From NCBI GenBank assembly GCA_051942205.1, contig JAVECO010000155.1:1-57141 (forward strand): a stretch of DNA of 57,141 bases. Reading direction: 5' to 3'. The first letter of the stretch is position 1. Every line of letters starts with the position of its first letter. The translations under genes were made by a program, and so were the position numbers. Below, piece by piece: positions 22,911-35,666 of this stretch. Below the pieces are notes generated by a model. It did no database searches and had not been told where the DNA came from. It worked only from the letters and a program-made list of their open reading frames with translations. Origin of the DNA: Coniocarpon cinnabarinum. Taxonomy: Eukaryota.

Positions 22911-23231
22911 ACACGCTTCTTGGATCTAACGACGAGGTCGTGGATACTGATGACCATGACGCAAACTAGGTAACGCATAATCATGGGCGAAGCGTGGGGC
23001 AAATTGGTAGCTACGCAGGGCAGCTTTTTACAGTGCCTAGGTAGCTCTGAGTCTGAACACTACCTAGCTCTTAATACTTTGGTCAAGCAGCTAACCAACT
23101 GTTGAAACTCCCAGTCTGGGGACGGGCTCATTCGACCTAGACTAGGCAGAGAGCTCACGCCAGCTTTCTAGCCCCGTGACTATTCACATCAGCGACCTTT
23201 GCAGTGGCTCCAGAGCGGATCATTTCCCACT

Positions 23232-23820
23232 CTACTGGTTCTGCTTCTGGATGTCGGATTCTGCTCCACGCTGCTGAGCCTTGCCGGTGTCGTGCATGTC
23301 TCTGTATCGCTGCGCTTCTGTCTCGTTGCCGGTGAAATTGGCCTTCTGTTCACCCAAGAATCCCTGTGCGCGGTCCTTGGCTCCTCCTCCCAGGTCGCTG
23401 AGCTGGCCGGCGGCCTCCTGTTCCTTGCCCGACTGGTTTTGCTCGACGCCTGACTGTCTCATGCTCTCCATGCCCGTAAAACCTCCTACGGACTCTTTCA
23501 AAGCTCCGAGATTCTTGTCCCAGTTGCCCTGGGATCGGCGCTCGTCATCTTTGGCAAGCCCGCCCTCAGGAGTCGCTGTGTAGCCGGCAAAGCGAGCCGA
23601 ACTGTGGGAGAGATCGTCTTTGGCGCCGGCCTCTGAGCGCCTCTGGGCTCCGGCGTCCTGGGCAGAATATTAGCGGATTTAGAATCACGAGTGCGAGAGC
23701 TTCACCTCTCACAGAGTCTTGTTGATTGCCGGTAATTGATCCACGCATGGACTGCAGAGTGCCTGTGGCATTGTCTACGACCGATTGCAGGGTTGAAGTG
23801 TCCTTGCTGCCGTCGGACAT
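23232..23820 (-). CDS. CsbD-like/LEA-type hydrophilic stress protein; complement(join(23232..23657,23713..23820))
   Basis: A 55-nt phase-0 intron joins two ORFs. Contains QGNWDKNLGALKESVGG, GKEQEAAGQLSDLGGG and HDTGKAQQRGAESDIQK. Confidence 0.8.
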
Positions 23821-24584
23821 GGCGAAGCTTCTGATTCGGGTGATTGAAGTAAGTGTATGTTATGTGGTCAATTGCGAATGACCGATGCGTATGGCTGAGC
23901 CTGTGACCGGAGAAGCAAGAGTTCAAGAAGTGCGATTGCTTAGGCACAGCAAATACTTGGAACGTGGGCATGCCAGATGACGCAAAGTCCCCTGAAGCAC
24001 GTGCACGTGGGGTATGGCCGCAAGTTACGGAGTACTGAACCACGATCAAGTCCCAACTCTGCCCTCTAGTAGTCCTGCAGTCCGCAAAGGCAGGTATGCG
24101 CTTGATCCGTTTGTCGCCATTATGTGAATGCAGTGTATACCTAGTCCAAGAATACACATCTCCTATTGGGGCCGTCCGCTATAAAAAATTGGTGGCCGGT
24201 ATGTGGCACGTCCGCCTAGGCTTCTACTTACGTTACGTGGATTTTGGTGTCATCCCCGCTGCCTCACCTTACGTGTTGCCGCTGCCGACTAAGAAAAGTC
24301 CGTTTGAGATAGTGCTGCCACACGCAGGATTCTACGTCTATATCTAGCAGGGACCTGCGCTTATCCACGAAAATGTGAAGCCACTGCCATTAATCTTGAA
24401 TGATGCTGCTCCTCTGTCATTAGTTTCTATAACATAAGCTGTTCGAGTCCCCGATTTCCGTATCGCTTCTTCCATGAGTAGCACCCTCCGTGTGGAATCG
24501 TGCATCGTCGGTCGTCTCTCTGGGCGTCTGACCTATAGTCGCATAACCACGTTCTCCGGCATTACATCAAGATCAGCATCTGCA

Positions 24585-25815
24585 ATGGCGGAGTCGCAAA
24601 TTCCCAAGGCTGAATATCGTCAGCTGGGCAAGAGCGTGAGCGCCCAGAGTCACTTACTTACATTCGGCCCCTCCACAGCTTTCTAATTTGATCTCAAGGG
24701 TCTTCGTGTTTCTGTGCCGATCCTGGGTGCCATGTCTCTTGGTGACAAGCGATGGCAACCGTACGTCGTAACCACCTCTACCTAATTATATGATAAGTAT
24801 GCTGACAGTGAACGAATCAGCTGGGTTGTAGAAGAAGCCGAGGCGTTGCCAATTCTCAAGGCTGCGTTCGATCAAGGTCTCAACTCCTGGGACACGGCGA
24901 ATGTCTACAGCAACGGTGAAAGCGAGCGTATCATTGCAAAAGCCATCAAGAAGTATACACTTCCACGACATAAGTTGGTGCTCATGACCAAATGCAACGG
25001 CTTAGTCCGGCAGAACAACGAGCCGGATACACTAGCTATTCCTAACCCCAACGAGCAAGCTGACTACATCAACCAGCGTGGATTATCCCGTGCCGCCATC
25101 TTCAATGCCGTGAACGCTTCGTTGCAGAGGCTGGAGACAGACTACATTGACCTACTGCAGATTCATCGCTTTGACTCGACCACGCCAATCGCTGAAACGA
25201 TGAAGGCGCTTCACGATCTCGTGGAGTCGGGCAAAGTTCGCTACATTGGCGCTTCCAGCATGTGGACATACCAATTCTGCCAAATGCAATTCACCGCAGA
25301 GAAGAATGGGTGGACATCTTTTATCAGCATGCAAAATTGCTATTCTTTACTCTACAGGGAAGAAGGTAAGCCGCAACGTCTGTAAGCGATTTCGGATGAT
25401 CTTCCCGTACTGACATGCAAGATTCAAAGAAAGGGAAATGATCAAATTCTGCAACAATACAGGGGTTGGCTTGATTCCGTGGTCGCCCTTGAGCTTTGGA
25501 CGGCTGGCTCGTTCTGCATCAGTGACCAAGAAGGGGGAGACCACCCGGGCGTCAGACCCATTCATCTCGAAGATAACCACACAGGACGAGCTTATCATTA
25601 GTCGGGTTGAAGAGTTGGCAAAGAAACACGGCTGGCCTATGTCTCATGTCGCGCTCGCTTGGATCAACAGAAAAGTCAGCAGTCCGATTATCGGCTTCAG
25701 CAATATCGAGCGCCTGAACGAAGCTTTAGCTGCTCGGGGAAAGGCTCTCACAGACGAAGAGGAGCAGTATCTGATGGAGCCATATAGGCCACTCCAGGTG
25801 ATTGGTCACAGCTGA
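24585..25815 (+). CDS. Aldo-keto reductase (aryl-alcohol dehydrogenase-like); introns 24636..24698, 24761..24820, 25366..25429
   Basis: [52 protein letters not shown] and IPWSPL; introns splice in frame. Confidence 0.93.
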
Positions 25816-25957
25816 ACTCATTGTTTTCGCACACGTTTCAAGAGCATAACCAAAGTGAATGGTGTTTCCCACCTACATAAGTCGCCTGAGAGTGGAGCTG
25901 GTGATTGGTAAAACCTTGTGAACACAAATCTAATGTCACCGAGCACTCAGCGTGCAT

Positions 25958-26830
25958 TTAATTGCTCGCACTTGCACGCTGCTCTGTGCTGAATGCACCT
26001 GGTCCTGGAGTAGTTGGCGTTGAATCAGAGGATGCTTTGACCTGTGGACGCGTCGGGTCCTCAGTCGTCTGGCCACCCTCAGCAGGCTCACTAGGTCTTG
26101 ATCCGAGTTCATTAGAGGTTGCAGCAGGTGCGGCGGCTATTGGAGTCCCTTGCGTCGGCGCCTCGGTGCCAGACGGTGTGACAGTATCTGCCGATTGGGC
26201 ACCAGCAGTCTCAGCTCCATTAGTATCGAGTGATGCGTCCTGCTTTGGAGTACTCTGTGGACCCGGTTCTTGCCCTCCGCCCTCTGAGACCACCGGCGCG
26301 TCGATACCTGTCTGCTCTGGGCTCACATCTTGCAGCTGCTTCTTGATTTCGTCCATCAAGGTCAAAGGCTTCTTTGTGCTAGCCCACCGTCCCTTGATAC
26401 GACCATCCCTCCCAACAATAAATTTTTCGAAGTTCCACTTGATGATTTTGAGACCCATTATCCCGGGTTGTTCTTTCTTCATCCAAGCCCAGAGAGGCTC
26501 AGCATTATCTCCATTGACGTTGGTCTTGCCCAAAATAGGGAACTCGACTCCATAGTTCAATTTGCAGAAACTTTGCGTCTCGTCGTTGTCCTCCGGGCTT
26601 TGGTTGTTGAACTGGTTGCATGGGAAGCCAAGAATCTCAAAGTCAGCTCCAGCGGGAGACTCGCGGACTTGCTTGTAAAGGCTTTGAAGCTCCTCCAGCT
26701 GTGGCGTGAAACCGCATTTGGACGCGGTGTTGACGATGAGGACAACCTTGTTTCTCAGGTTCGCTGTTGGGTAGGGCTCACCCCTTTTATCGAGGGGTTT
26801 GAAATCGTAGAAAGTAGTAGCACTTGCCAT
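25958..26830 (-). CDS. Glutathione peroxidase-like (Cys-type, Hyr1/Gpx3 family) with long low-complexity C-tail
   Basis: NTASKCGFT, ILGFPCNQF and KWNFEKF motifs. Possible upstream exon 26941..27015. Confidence 0.93.
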   Translation of the reverse strand: MASATTFYDFKPLDKRGEPYPTANLRNKVVLIVNTASKCGFTPQLEELQSLYKQVRESPAGADFEILGFPCNQFNNQSPEDNDETQSFCKLNYGVEFPILGKTNVNGDNAEPLWAWMKKEQPGIMGLKIIKWNFEKFIVGRDGRIKGRWASTKKPLTLMDEIKKQLQDVSPEQTGIDAPVVSEGGGQEPGPQSTPKQDASLDTNGAETAGAQSADTVTPSGTEAPTQGTPIAAAPAATSNELGSRPSEPAEGGQTTEDPTRPQVKASSDSTPTTPGPGAFSTEQRASASN

Positions 26831-28252
26831 CTGCGGAGAGTCACTTGGCCGCAGTCAGACTTGGCGGTGCTGTGTTCACTCACGCTAGCAGCTCTGCCGA
26901 AACTTGAAAGGACGGACCCCAGCGAGTATGACCGGCTTACGCCACTAACAGGGACACTTGTGTAAGGGACGGCAACTAAGACCCTCTTTGCAGCTGTGGA
27001 GCGGCAGCTTAGCATAGGCCTCACTCAAGGCGACGATGGGTGAGAAGTCTCGAAGCTGTTGCTAGGAAAGAAGGACGAGGCTGGGGAATGACATCAACAG
27101 CCCCAGGGTAGCAGGCGGGGTCTGGCAAATCACTGCCCGGCGAAGATACTTTGGTGCTGCTACTGGATTGTGTCTATGACTCCCGAGCACGCATGGGAGT
27201 GGGCGAATCTCACACTGCTTGGAAAGGCTGGTGGTTGGGCGCTACCTACCTGTCACGCCCGAGTACGAAGAGGCGCCGGCACGTGACGGGAGTGCAGCAG
27301 GTCGTCGCCCGACTGCCGCACCAGAGCAAGGGTCATCATGCCGCCTCGCCGCCTCGCCGCCTCGCTGCAGCTACAGCATGCGTTTTCCCCAGTCACTTCT
27401 GACCATCTAACCTGTGAACATGATGTGAGCATCATGTTGTGTGGCGCGCTGCTCGGGCAAAGATTTTGGAACAGAAATTTGGTGCTCAGGGGCGATTCTC
27501 GTTGGACTCCCGCGTCGCCACGACGCCTCTGTGCGACGATATCTTGCAGCGACTGCGCTCGCTAAAGCACAAGCAAGACACATTATACGCGAACCATAAT
27601 GCACCGCCCTCGTGCTGTGACCGCGATGAAGTCTGTGAAGGGCAACGGTGAAGACACCTAAATCTCAACGCTACCTCGCAAGTTCTTAAAGCAACCCACC
27701 ACCAGCGGTGTATGCCAGCAGGCTGCGGACGTCAAGGTGCCAGGCGGGTGAACCGTTTTAATAGATGTGGCACATGTCGCTCATGCAAAGACGCTGTGCC
27801 TGGATGAAAATACGTCCACGTCAATAGCGGCAAAGACGTCCAAGAGTCTCTGTTTCTGCGCTTGTTGGACGGTATGACAGCGTACCTCGACACAATCGAG
27901 GGCGACGATGCAAAGTCATGCCCTGAGCGCGTCCAGAAACTCGCATGATGATTCGGTAGGAGTGTCCAATCGCAGCTTCAAAGCATAGCCTCCAGGCACT
28001 ATTCCACTTTTATGTGTTTGTTTCTTGCATTCTTGAAGCCTCGCTGTAGCCACCACACGCGTCTACACGCGTCTGTATATGCATCAACGTTTCCTTTTAT
28101 TGCCATCTGTAGCTCAAATCGCAACTCTCCGTTGACCGGGGACCCCAGAGCTACTGACTTGATACAGGTGTTCGCTGACCGTCAAGAAATACTAATAGGA
28201 GCCCTCGCACAGAAGGCAACCTCTGAAGGCAGTGCTGATTCGCAAGTTCTAG

Positions 28253-30175
28253 GCTTCCACAAATAACCCATATAGCGTCGGTTCCATTGTCGGAAACTAT
28301 CTCTACCAAGGCTGCTATGCTGAAGACGCCACTCGACGATATATTCTACCATACTTTTTCGATGGCACCGGCGTCGAAACCGTACAGTGGTGCGTCCAGA
28401 CCTGCGCAAATAATGGCTCATCGTTCGCTGCAATGGAATACTCGTCCCAGTGTTTCTGTGGTAACACTGTCAACGGCTACGCTACTCCTACAGCCGACTC
28501 AAACTGCAACCTGCCATGTGCCGCAAACTCTTCGCAGATTTGCGGAGCCAATGGCTACGCCAATCTTTACTACAATCAGGCCTATGCTTCGGCACAAAGC
28601 TCAGCAGCAGCGGCGTCGTCGCGCTCTTCATGGTCCTCAGTACTGGCCGCGAGCAAAGTGTCTGCATCACAGTCCCATGCCTCCATGTCGAGTATAGCCA
28701 GTGTCTCAAGAGCCTCAGCCAGTGCGTCCAAGGCGTCTGCGTCTATTGCAGCGAGCGTTTCGCGCAACTCAGCCAGCGCGTCAAAGGCTTCAGCGTCCCG
28801 TGCAGCGAGTCTCTCCCTCCTCTCAGCAAGCTCTTCAAAAGCAGCGGCAAGTTCTGCTGCCAGTGTCTCGAGGATAGTCGCGTCTTCATCCAGAATTTCT
28901 GCATCGTCCTCGAGGGCATCGTTAAACGCTGCGCATTCGTCTTCACTGTCAGCAAACCACGTTTCGCGCTCGTCAGCCACTGCAGCAAAGTCGAGCTCGG
29001 CGGCATCGAAAAGCTCAGCCAATATTGTCTCGCGCTCAGCGCGCTCTTCGGCTTCTTCGGCTGCTTCACTCTCGCGGATATCAAAGAGCTCGTCCCGCGC
29101 AGCAGCAACCTCGGTTCAACAAGCCTCCATCTCGTCGCGCCACTCTTCACAGGCCGTAGCTTCTGCAGCCAGGTCCAGTTCACAAGTATCGCACGCGGCA
29201 AGCATCGCTTCTCGATCCTCTGCGCGCTCTCTTGCAACTGCTTCCGTGAGCTCTCGCAGAGTGTCAGTGAGCTCCTCCTCGGCCGCAGCAGCAGCCTCTC
29301 GGTCTTCAGCCAGAGCGAGTGTCGCCTCGCAAAGCAGTGCGCACAGCTCGTCGTTGTCCTCCAGACGGGCAGGCATCTCCTCGCAGAGCGCTGCCCATAT
29401 GTCCTCCCTATCATCAGCCCGATCAAGTCGAACCTCACAAGCTGTTGCACGATCCTCGTCCCTTTCCGCCGTTCATGCATCCAGGTCTTCAGCATCGGCA
29501 TCAGTATCTTCGAGACGTGCTTCAGTATCTTCTGCTGCCGCTTTGCAATCATCAGCGCGCTCACTCTCAAATGTCGTAGCTTCCTCCAGCCGCTCAGCAC
29601 ATTCAGCAAGCCAAGCTTCCGCAAATTCGGTCAAATCAGTCAGTCGTGCGTCTGTAAGCTCTTCGAAGTCTATGGCCACTGCGAGTAGATCGGCAGCGCA
29701 AGTAACACATACTTCCGTCAACCTCGAGCCTTACCGATACCTCCACTGTTATTCATTCAACTCTGCGAGTCCGCCGTTGAATCTAAACCCACACAAGGCC
29801 GGCATGAGCCTGGAGATATGCGGAAACCTCTGCCTGAATCACACCAATTTCGGTGTCATCTCAGGTGAGTAGCATTCATCTTCAATGGAACACGAATATT
29901 CTAACGTATTTCTTGTAGGCAACCAGTGCTACTGTGGCAACTCGATTGCTGCAAGCGCGACTACTACAGCAGACGCGGCTTGCTTCTCCAACGCGATCGC
30001 CTGTGCAGGTAATGCCGCTGAAAAGTGTGGTGGCGGGTCGACAGCCATGCCCGTCTACGGCCAGGTGACCGCTTCTGGCACTTGTCCGGCAGGCACGAGC
30101 GTCTGGAGCACCGTCGGGTGTTCGACAATTTCTGCACGCCGCAATGGTGCGACTATGGGTCCTGGGGCTTTCTAG
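28253..30175 (+). CDS. WSC-domain protein: two WSC domains separated by a Ser/Ala/Arg-rich linker; intron 29865..29918; first exon(s) not located
   Basis: The frame is open from a TAG acceptor at 28252: YQGCYAE...WCVQTC...MEYSSQCFCGN...CNLPC...ICG. Second WSC: YLHCY...ICGNLC...G|NQCYCGN...CAGNAAEKCGG. Confidence 0.8.
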
Positions 30176-30499
30176 ATCAGAAGCATTTTTTCAAGGCTCT
30201 GATGCAATGCGCATAGGACGTAATATGCTAGAGGTAAAGCCAGAAGCAGTTTTCGACGCGATTTTAGCTAAATTTTTTCGTTTCTCATGAATTCGGTCGT
30301 TCGAAGAGAACGGCTCTTAAGGTTTTTTTGGCGTGGATGGAAGAAGGCAATACAATGACACACAAGCAAGAGAGAAGAAAAGAAGGTGCAGAAGGTCGAT
30401 CGTGAGACTTCCTGGTTTTGAATAGTTGGGCGGGATGTTTACAATACCTAGGGCAGATTCCAGGTCTTCAAATCTTACGCATGCCTCGTCTTCGACTTC

Positions 30500-31654
30500 T
30501 CAACCTCCCTTCTCCAATGCATCGCCAAGCCAGCCTACAAATGTTCTTGCCAGGTCCGCTTCGCCACCTCCTCCCTCTCCAACCCCGCCAAATCCCTGCG
30601 CGCGCATCTGCTGCCGTTGTAGTTGAATGAACTGTCTTCGCAACCTCTGCAGCAGTGGCGTGCTTAACTTCCTGGGAGGCAATGCCAGAGTCTCGCCCTC
30701 ACAGATTATCTCTGCACCGATCTCCTCGATCTCGGGATGCTCTTTAGTATACTGCAACACTTTGCTCACGACCGCGTTCGTCACTCGATCCAACTCCTGT
30801 AAGCTTCCCTCTTTGTTGGCCGACGGGAGCACAGTTGCGGCATTGGGCTTGACAGGCGCCAGGCGCTCTCGCTGCCCGTCGTCGCCCGTCTTGGTGCTCA
30901 TGCCCAGCACGACTTGCTCCCATATTTGTTGGCATGGTGGGGCAGCATCATCCCAAGGCACGACAAAACAGGGACTGTCCCAACGTGCGAGCGCGTTGGG
31001 CTCTTCGAAGCGCATGAGCAGTTCAGCGTGGACCTGCGGGTCGTACGGATCTTGATCCCCGGAGCCACCAATAACGACGCCGACAGAATCACGTGGTGCT
31101 GCGACTGTGGTCGTGAATTGGGTGCCGCTGACGAACTTCAGTCGATCATCATTGACTTCTTTACTCTTCTGTGCCGTGACGCCGACGTGGACAACACCGC
31201 TTCGTACACCTGCGGCTTTGGCCTCACAATGCAGTTGATACCTGAAACCCTTGATGTAGTTTCCGCTGTCCACGATGGTCACAGCGTCCCTTGCGATTGA
31301 ACGCTTGACCGCAGACGAGAGCTCTGCACGAGCAATCTTCTCGGCGCCTGCCGTTGCATAGCACGAGCGCGACACGCGTAGGGCATGATCAGATATCAGC
31401 TCGATCCGCGCTATCCGCTGCTCTGGCAGTCGCCGAGGTTTGCCACCGGTGAGAAGAACTCCACTGGAGAGTTCCTGAACGCGGGCGGTAAAGTCTTGGT
31501 GAATCTGATGAGCGCGATATGATTTGCCAGCGCTGGGATGGCCGGAGATGATAATTAGCTAGGTCCAAGACGGTCAGGGGCATGTTGGTGCTTTTGGACA
31601 TCATATGTAAATGGTAGGGACAGCAGAACTCGAGCTTCAGTTGCTTACAGCCAT
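30500..31654 (-). CDS. KTI12: Elongator-associated P-loop protein Kti12; complement(join(30500..31558,31649..31654))
   Basis: A 6-nt first exon ATGGCT, then LIIISGHPSAGKS (P-loop), DSGNYIKGFRYQLHCEAK and RFEEPNALARWDSP. Confidence 0.93.
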
Positions 31655-31991
31655 TGGGTGTTCTTATCGCCTGACCGCACCCAGTTGTTAACAGATAGAC
31701 GCGGAACAGAGGATCGTCGAGCGGGATTCTGCAATTGCCAGTGCTTAAGAAATTCCTCTGGATAGCATGTAGGTTGGTACGCAGGTAGGCAAAAGGCCGC
31801 CAAGAGCTGCGGTGCAGTATTTAGGTACGAGCATAGTGGCGAGTAACAGAGACAGACACACACACACCTCCTGGACTTGGCCTAGAGCAAGCCCGATAAC
31901 CCCCTTCCCAGGCACTTTCACCGTCGTTTCTATTACTAATACAATGCCGTCTGTACAGTTTTATGGATAACGTGATGCGCAGAGGCACCAA

Positions 31992-34900
31992 TTAAGACGC
32001 TCTTAGTCCGACGCCGTGCCCAAGACCTGTTGGATCAGACATTCTCGCGCCATGCCCTTCGGTCGCCTGTATCATACAATCTCGGGCGGCGCTTGCACGC
32101 TCCCGCACATCTTGACTCTGTTCTTTCCCGCCGTCGGAGAGCTTTCGACTCAACTCGTCCAGGGGGATGCCGAAGCCCATCTCTTTCAGTCTCGAGGCCC
32201 GGTCTTTGGCGTTGTGCACGTCACTGCTGTCATCAACCCACATCAAGTTGGTGAGGATCCAGCAGCATGTGCTCCGGATATCGGGTTCGGGATGATGGAA
32301 CAAAGGTCTCAGGAGCTGGAGTAACAAGTGCTGGCCGATGAGATCAGCACGGTATCGAGGAGGGCCCGCCGCAATATGACACAAAGTCTTTAACGCTGCG
32401 TCAAGGGTCTTCACAGGAATGTGGTCGACTGACTGAGCACCGCGCTCCGGCGGCTGAAGTTTTGCAGCAAGCAAGTCGTACAGTTTGAAGTGTCCAATGT
32501 TGCCTACAACATAATCGATCATCGCCTGTTCCCCAGGCCCACACACCACATTGCGGAGGATGTCAAGAGCGTGAGCTTCGATTTGTACGCATTCGCTCTG
32601 TGGCCTTCGTAACTTGTCATGGTCTTCTGCAGCCTTGATCGAATCCAGCCGCGCCTGACGATTCGGGTCAAGGAACTTACTGAAGGCTGGCTCGGCGCCA
32701 CCGGTTTCGAAAGGCCCTGCGCTCCCCTCTCCAGTCGCGATGTCTGAGCTGAAAGCTTGTTTGTGCTGTGGAGAGTCCTGCTCCATGTCTTCGTCGTGAT
32801 CCGGACTAGGTATAATAGAAACCTGCTCACCCACGAAATTGGAAGCGGGATTGATGGACGCATGAGTCGAAGCAGCGGATGTGGACTGACTTGATGACAC
32901 AAGACCATTCGAGCCCTCAATGACTGACACAAGCCAATTCATACCTAACTCCTCACAACACGCCTGTTTCACCTCGCTTGGGGCTTGCCCCACAAGGTTC
33001 TTTAGCGCACGCAGTGAGCCAGCTTTCACTTGAGTGTCATTGGATCGCGCCAGCTTGCATAGAAGTGGCAGCGCACCATCGTCAAGAATTGCCTGCACAA
33101 AATCAGTACCGGCAACATGATTCCTCTCTCAGTATCTCGGCTTACCTGTCGCATGGGTGAGCAGTCAACCAGCATATTCGACATGACCGCTAATGCAGCT
33201 ACTTGGACATCAACCGATGAGCTTTGGACGAGCCGATAAGCCGGCTTGGAGACGCCAATGTCAATGAGACTCGTTCTTAGGAGATAAACTGATCGAGACA
33301 TTGCTTTGGAGGCTCTGCAAGCGGCAACGAGAACATTGTCAGGATTACCAACGGAGCTGTCCAATTTTTGTTTGCTTGCGTGAACCTGCAGAGCAGCTGA
33401 AGCATCCTCATTCAAAGGGATCAGAGAATCAACAATGAATCTCATCACGTCATTTTCCATGAGTGCTTTTCGATACTTATCTTCGCCAGGTCGATTATTG
33501 GCGATGCTGTGTATGAGCAAGAGGGCAGCCTCTCTGCACCTGAAAAGGAATCTCACTCCAGCTGAAACCCCGCGCGCTCCCAGAGTGCGAGTCCCAGACT
33601 GGTCCTCATCCATCACGTCCGCCTCATAGCTGTCAGACCAGAGAGGTGCTCGGTTCCCAAACTGATCGAAGGTCTTTTTTAAATACTGACACGCTTCTTT
33701 GACAATGCCTGCGTCATAGGCGGCTTTAAGTACCATAGCAGAGCTGATTGAAGACTCTTCGAGGAGTTCGCTCAGGGCAAGCGGCACCTCGCTGATCGCT
33801 TGCTCCTGCGGGTCCTGTGTTGAGTCAGACGCCGAGGACACAGACAGGAATGGCGAGGCCTTCATGAGTTCGAGAAGAGGCGGAATCACCAAAAGGGCGA
33901 AAGTATTTGATTTCGCTCGGGAGACGTGCTCGGCGTGTGCAATAGAAGCCAGCAACCGCGCAGAACGTACACGTAATAAGCCTTTGTCAGTGCGCATCAA
34001 ATGTATCAACCACGAGATGATACCGTTGTCGACGTCAAACGAAGTCGACATCTGAGGTCTTTCATAGTCGACCAGGTCCACCAATGCAGTTTTGTTGTTC
34101 AGCTGCCCAGATCCTAGCGCTGGAAATGCCTTCATGAAATTGCTATCTAGCTTCTGAATGCCATAATGAATGCAAGGAACGTTCATTACAGGAAGATGGA
34201 TGTCGTATAGCACACACGTCGAGGGCTGATACAGTCTTGTCTCGAGTGCTACCTGACCTTTATAAAAGCGAAAGATGGGTTCTAGAGGAGGCGAGAGAAG
34301 TAGCCGAGTGACGCGATATTTTGATGGTTGCACGAGGGTGTTGATGGCTCCCAAAATCTCAGCCAGTGTTGTAGACGAAGGTGGCGTAGGCAACAGAGTA
34401 AGGATGGAGCTAAAGGACTCGGAAGATCGTGGTTGATTGTGAATGTAATGCGATGCAAGATGAGCAGCTAAATTGTCGAGTACGCCGACCTCGCAAAATA
34501 ATTCCCGTTGATCTTCAGAATGTATCATCTTCTGGATCATCTGACACACAAGCTGAACCTGCGACCGAGCAGCAGGGCTGTCGCAAGTCTGTGAGAGGAT
34601 GCCCCGGTATGCGCGGGCAATGGCAGGGCTGGTCCACTGCTTGTTTTTGTCAAGAACGACCGCACCGCGCTTCCCAACAGAGAGCTCGGCGGCTGTCCAG
34701 AGGTTGACAGAAGCTTTAAGCGATGCAGAAACAATTCTGGAGCAACGGTCGGCCGGTAAGAGCGACGCGGTGAGGAGGTCTTCCACAGAGGCGGCAATCA
34801 AGGGAGCGATGAGCGACGGGCCGCCTTGAGATCTCGTCAGCACACAAAGAGCCTATGTAAGTGGTCGCAAAAGCACCTACCTTGCGCAAGGCTTCCCAGG

Positions 34901-35190
34901 AGGGTGATGGCCTGGAAATGCACTTCATCGAGCTCGGGCGACGCAGCACAGGCGTTGAGGGACAGGCCGGACCCGTTAGCAGCATTGCTGCTCTGACTTT
35001 CGCGGGCTGTAGACCGTGACGCGAGCACGCGAGTAAGACCTTCAATGAGGCCAAGCCGGACGAGATGCTCTTTGCGCACCGGGTGCCCAATCACTTGGGT
35101 TTTCAGGCGCTTCAGAGCAGCGAGTTGCTCGGATGAAGAGGATGCGCTCTTGAGCTGCCTCACGGGATCGGCAAGCTCTGTGCCGGCCAT
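31992..35190 (-). CDS. Armadillo-repeat protein ARMC8/Vid28 (Gid5)-like; introns 34825..34880 and 33093..33145
   Basis: LKRLKTQVIGHPVRKE, MSRSVYLLRTSLID and NMLVDCSPMR motifs. Three ORFs join in frame via canonical introns. Confidence 0.88.
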
Positions 35191-35666
35191 GAAGCCGAAG
35201 GATGCTCATCAGCTTGGTTTTGCTGCTGTCGCAAGCGCAGAGGCATTCCAAAGATGGTCGGGGTGGGTGAGGGTGGTGACGGTCAGGACGGAAGCGGGGT
35301 TAGTGTTAAATCCGGCACGGGAAACGGTCCGCGGGCGAAACACGTTGGTGAAGAATCTACAAACGCTGTCACCATCGGCGCCGCAGCACACTTCCCCCAT
35401 CCTTCGTCTGCTGGTCCGATTCAGCTTCCGAGTCGGCTCACTTGCGCACGCAGGAGCATCGCAGTAGCTCCTGGGGCTCGGTTCGACTACTTGAGTCGTT
35501 GTCCGACCCTAGCCTCAGGTTCAGAGTGCGCACTGGCTGTCCAACGCTGCGTGCTATCCCTCTTGCTGCAGCGTACAGATCACATCGATCGCATCCGGTG
35601 AACGATGCACAGCATTCCGAGCTTCGATGCGTCACTGGTCCGAGCAAAAGCTTCGTCGTTGGAGCC

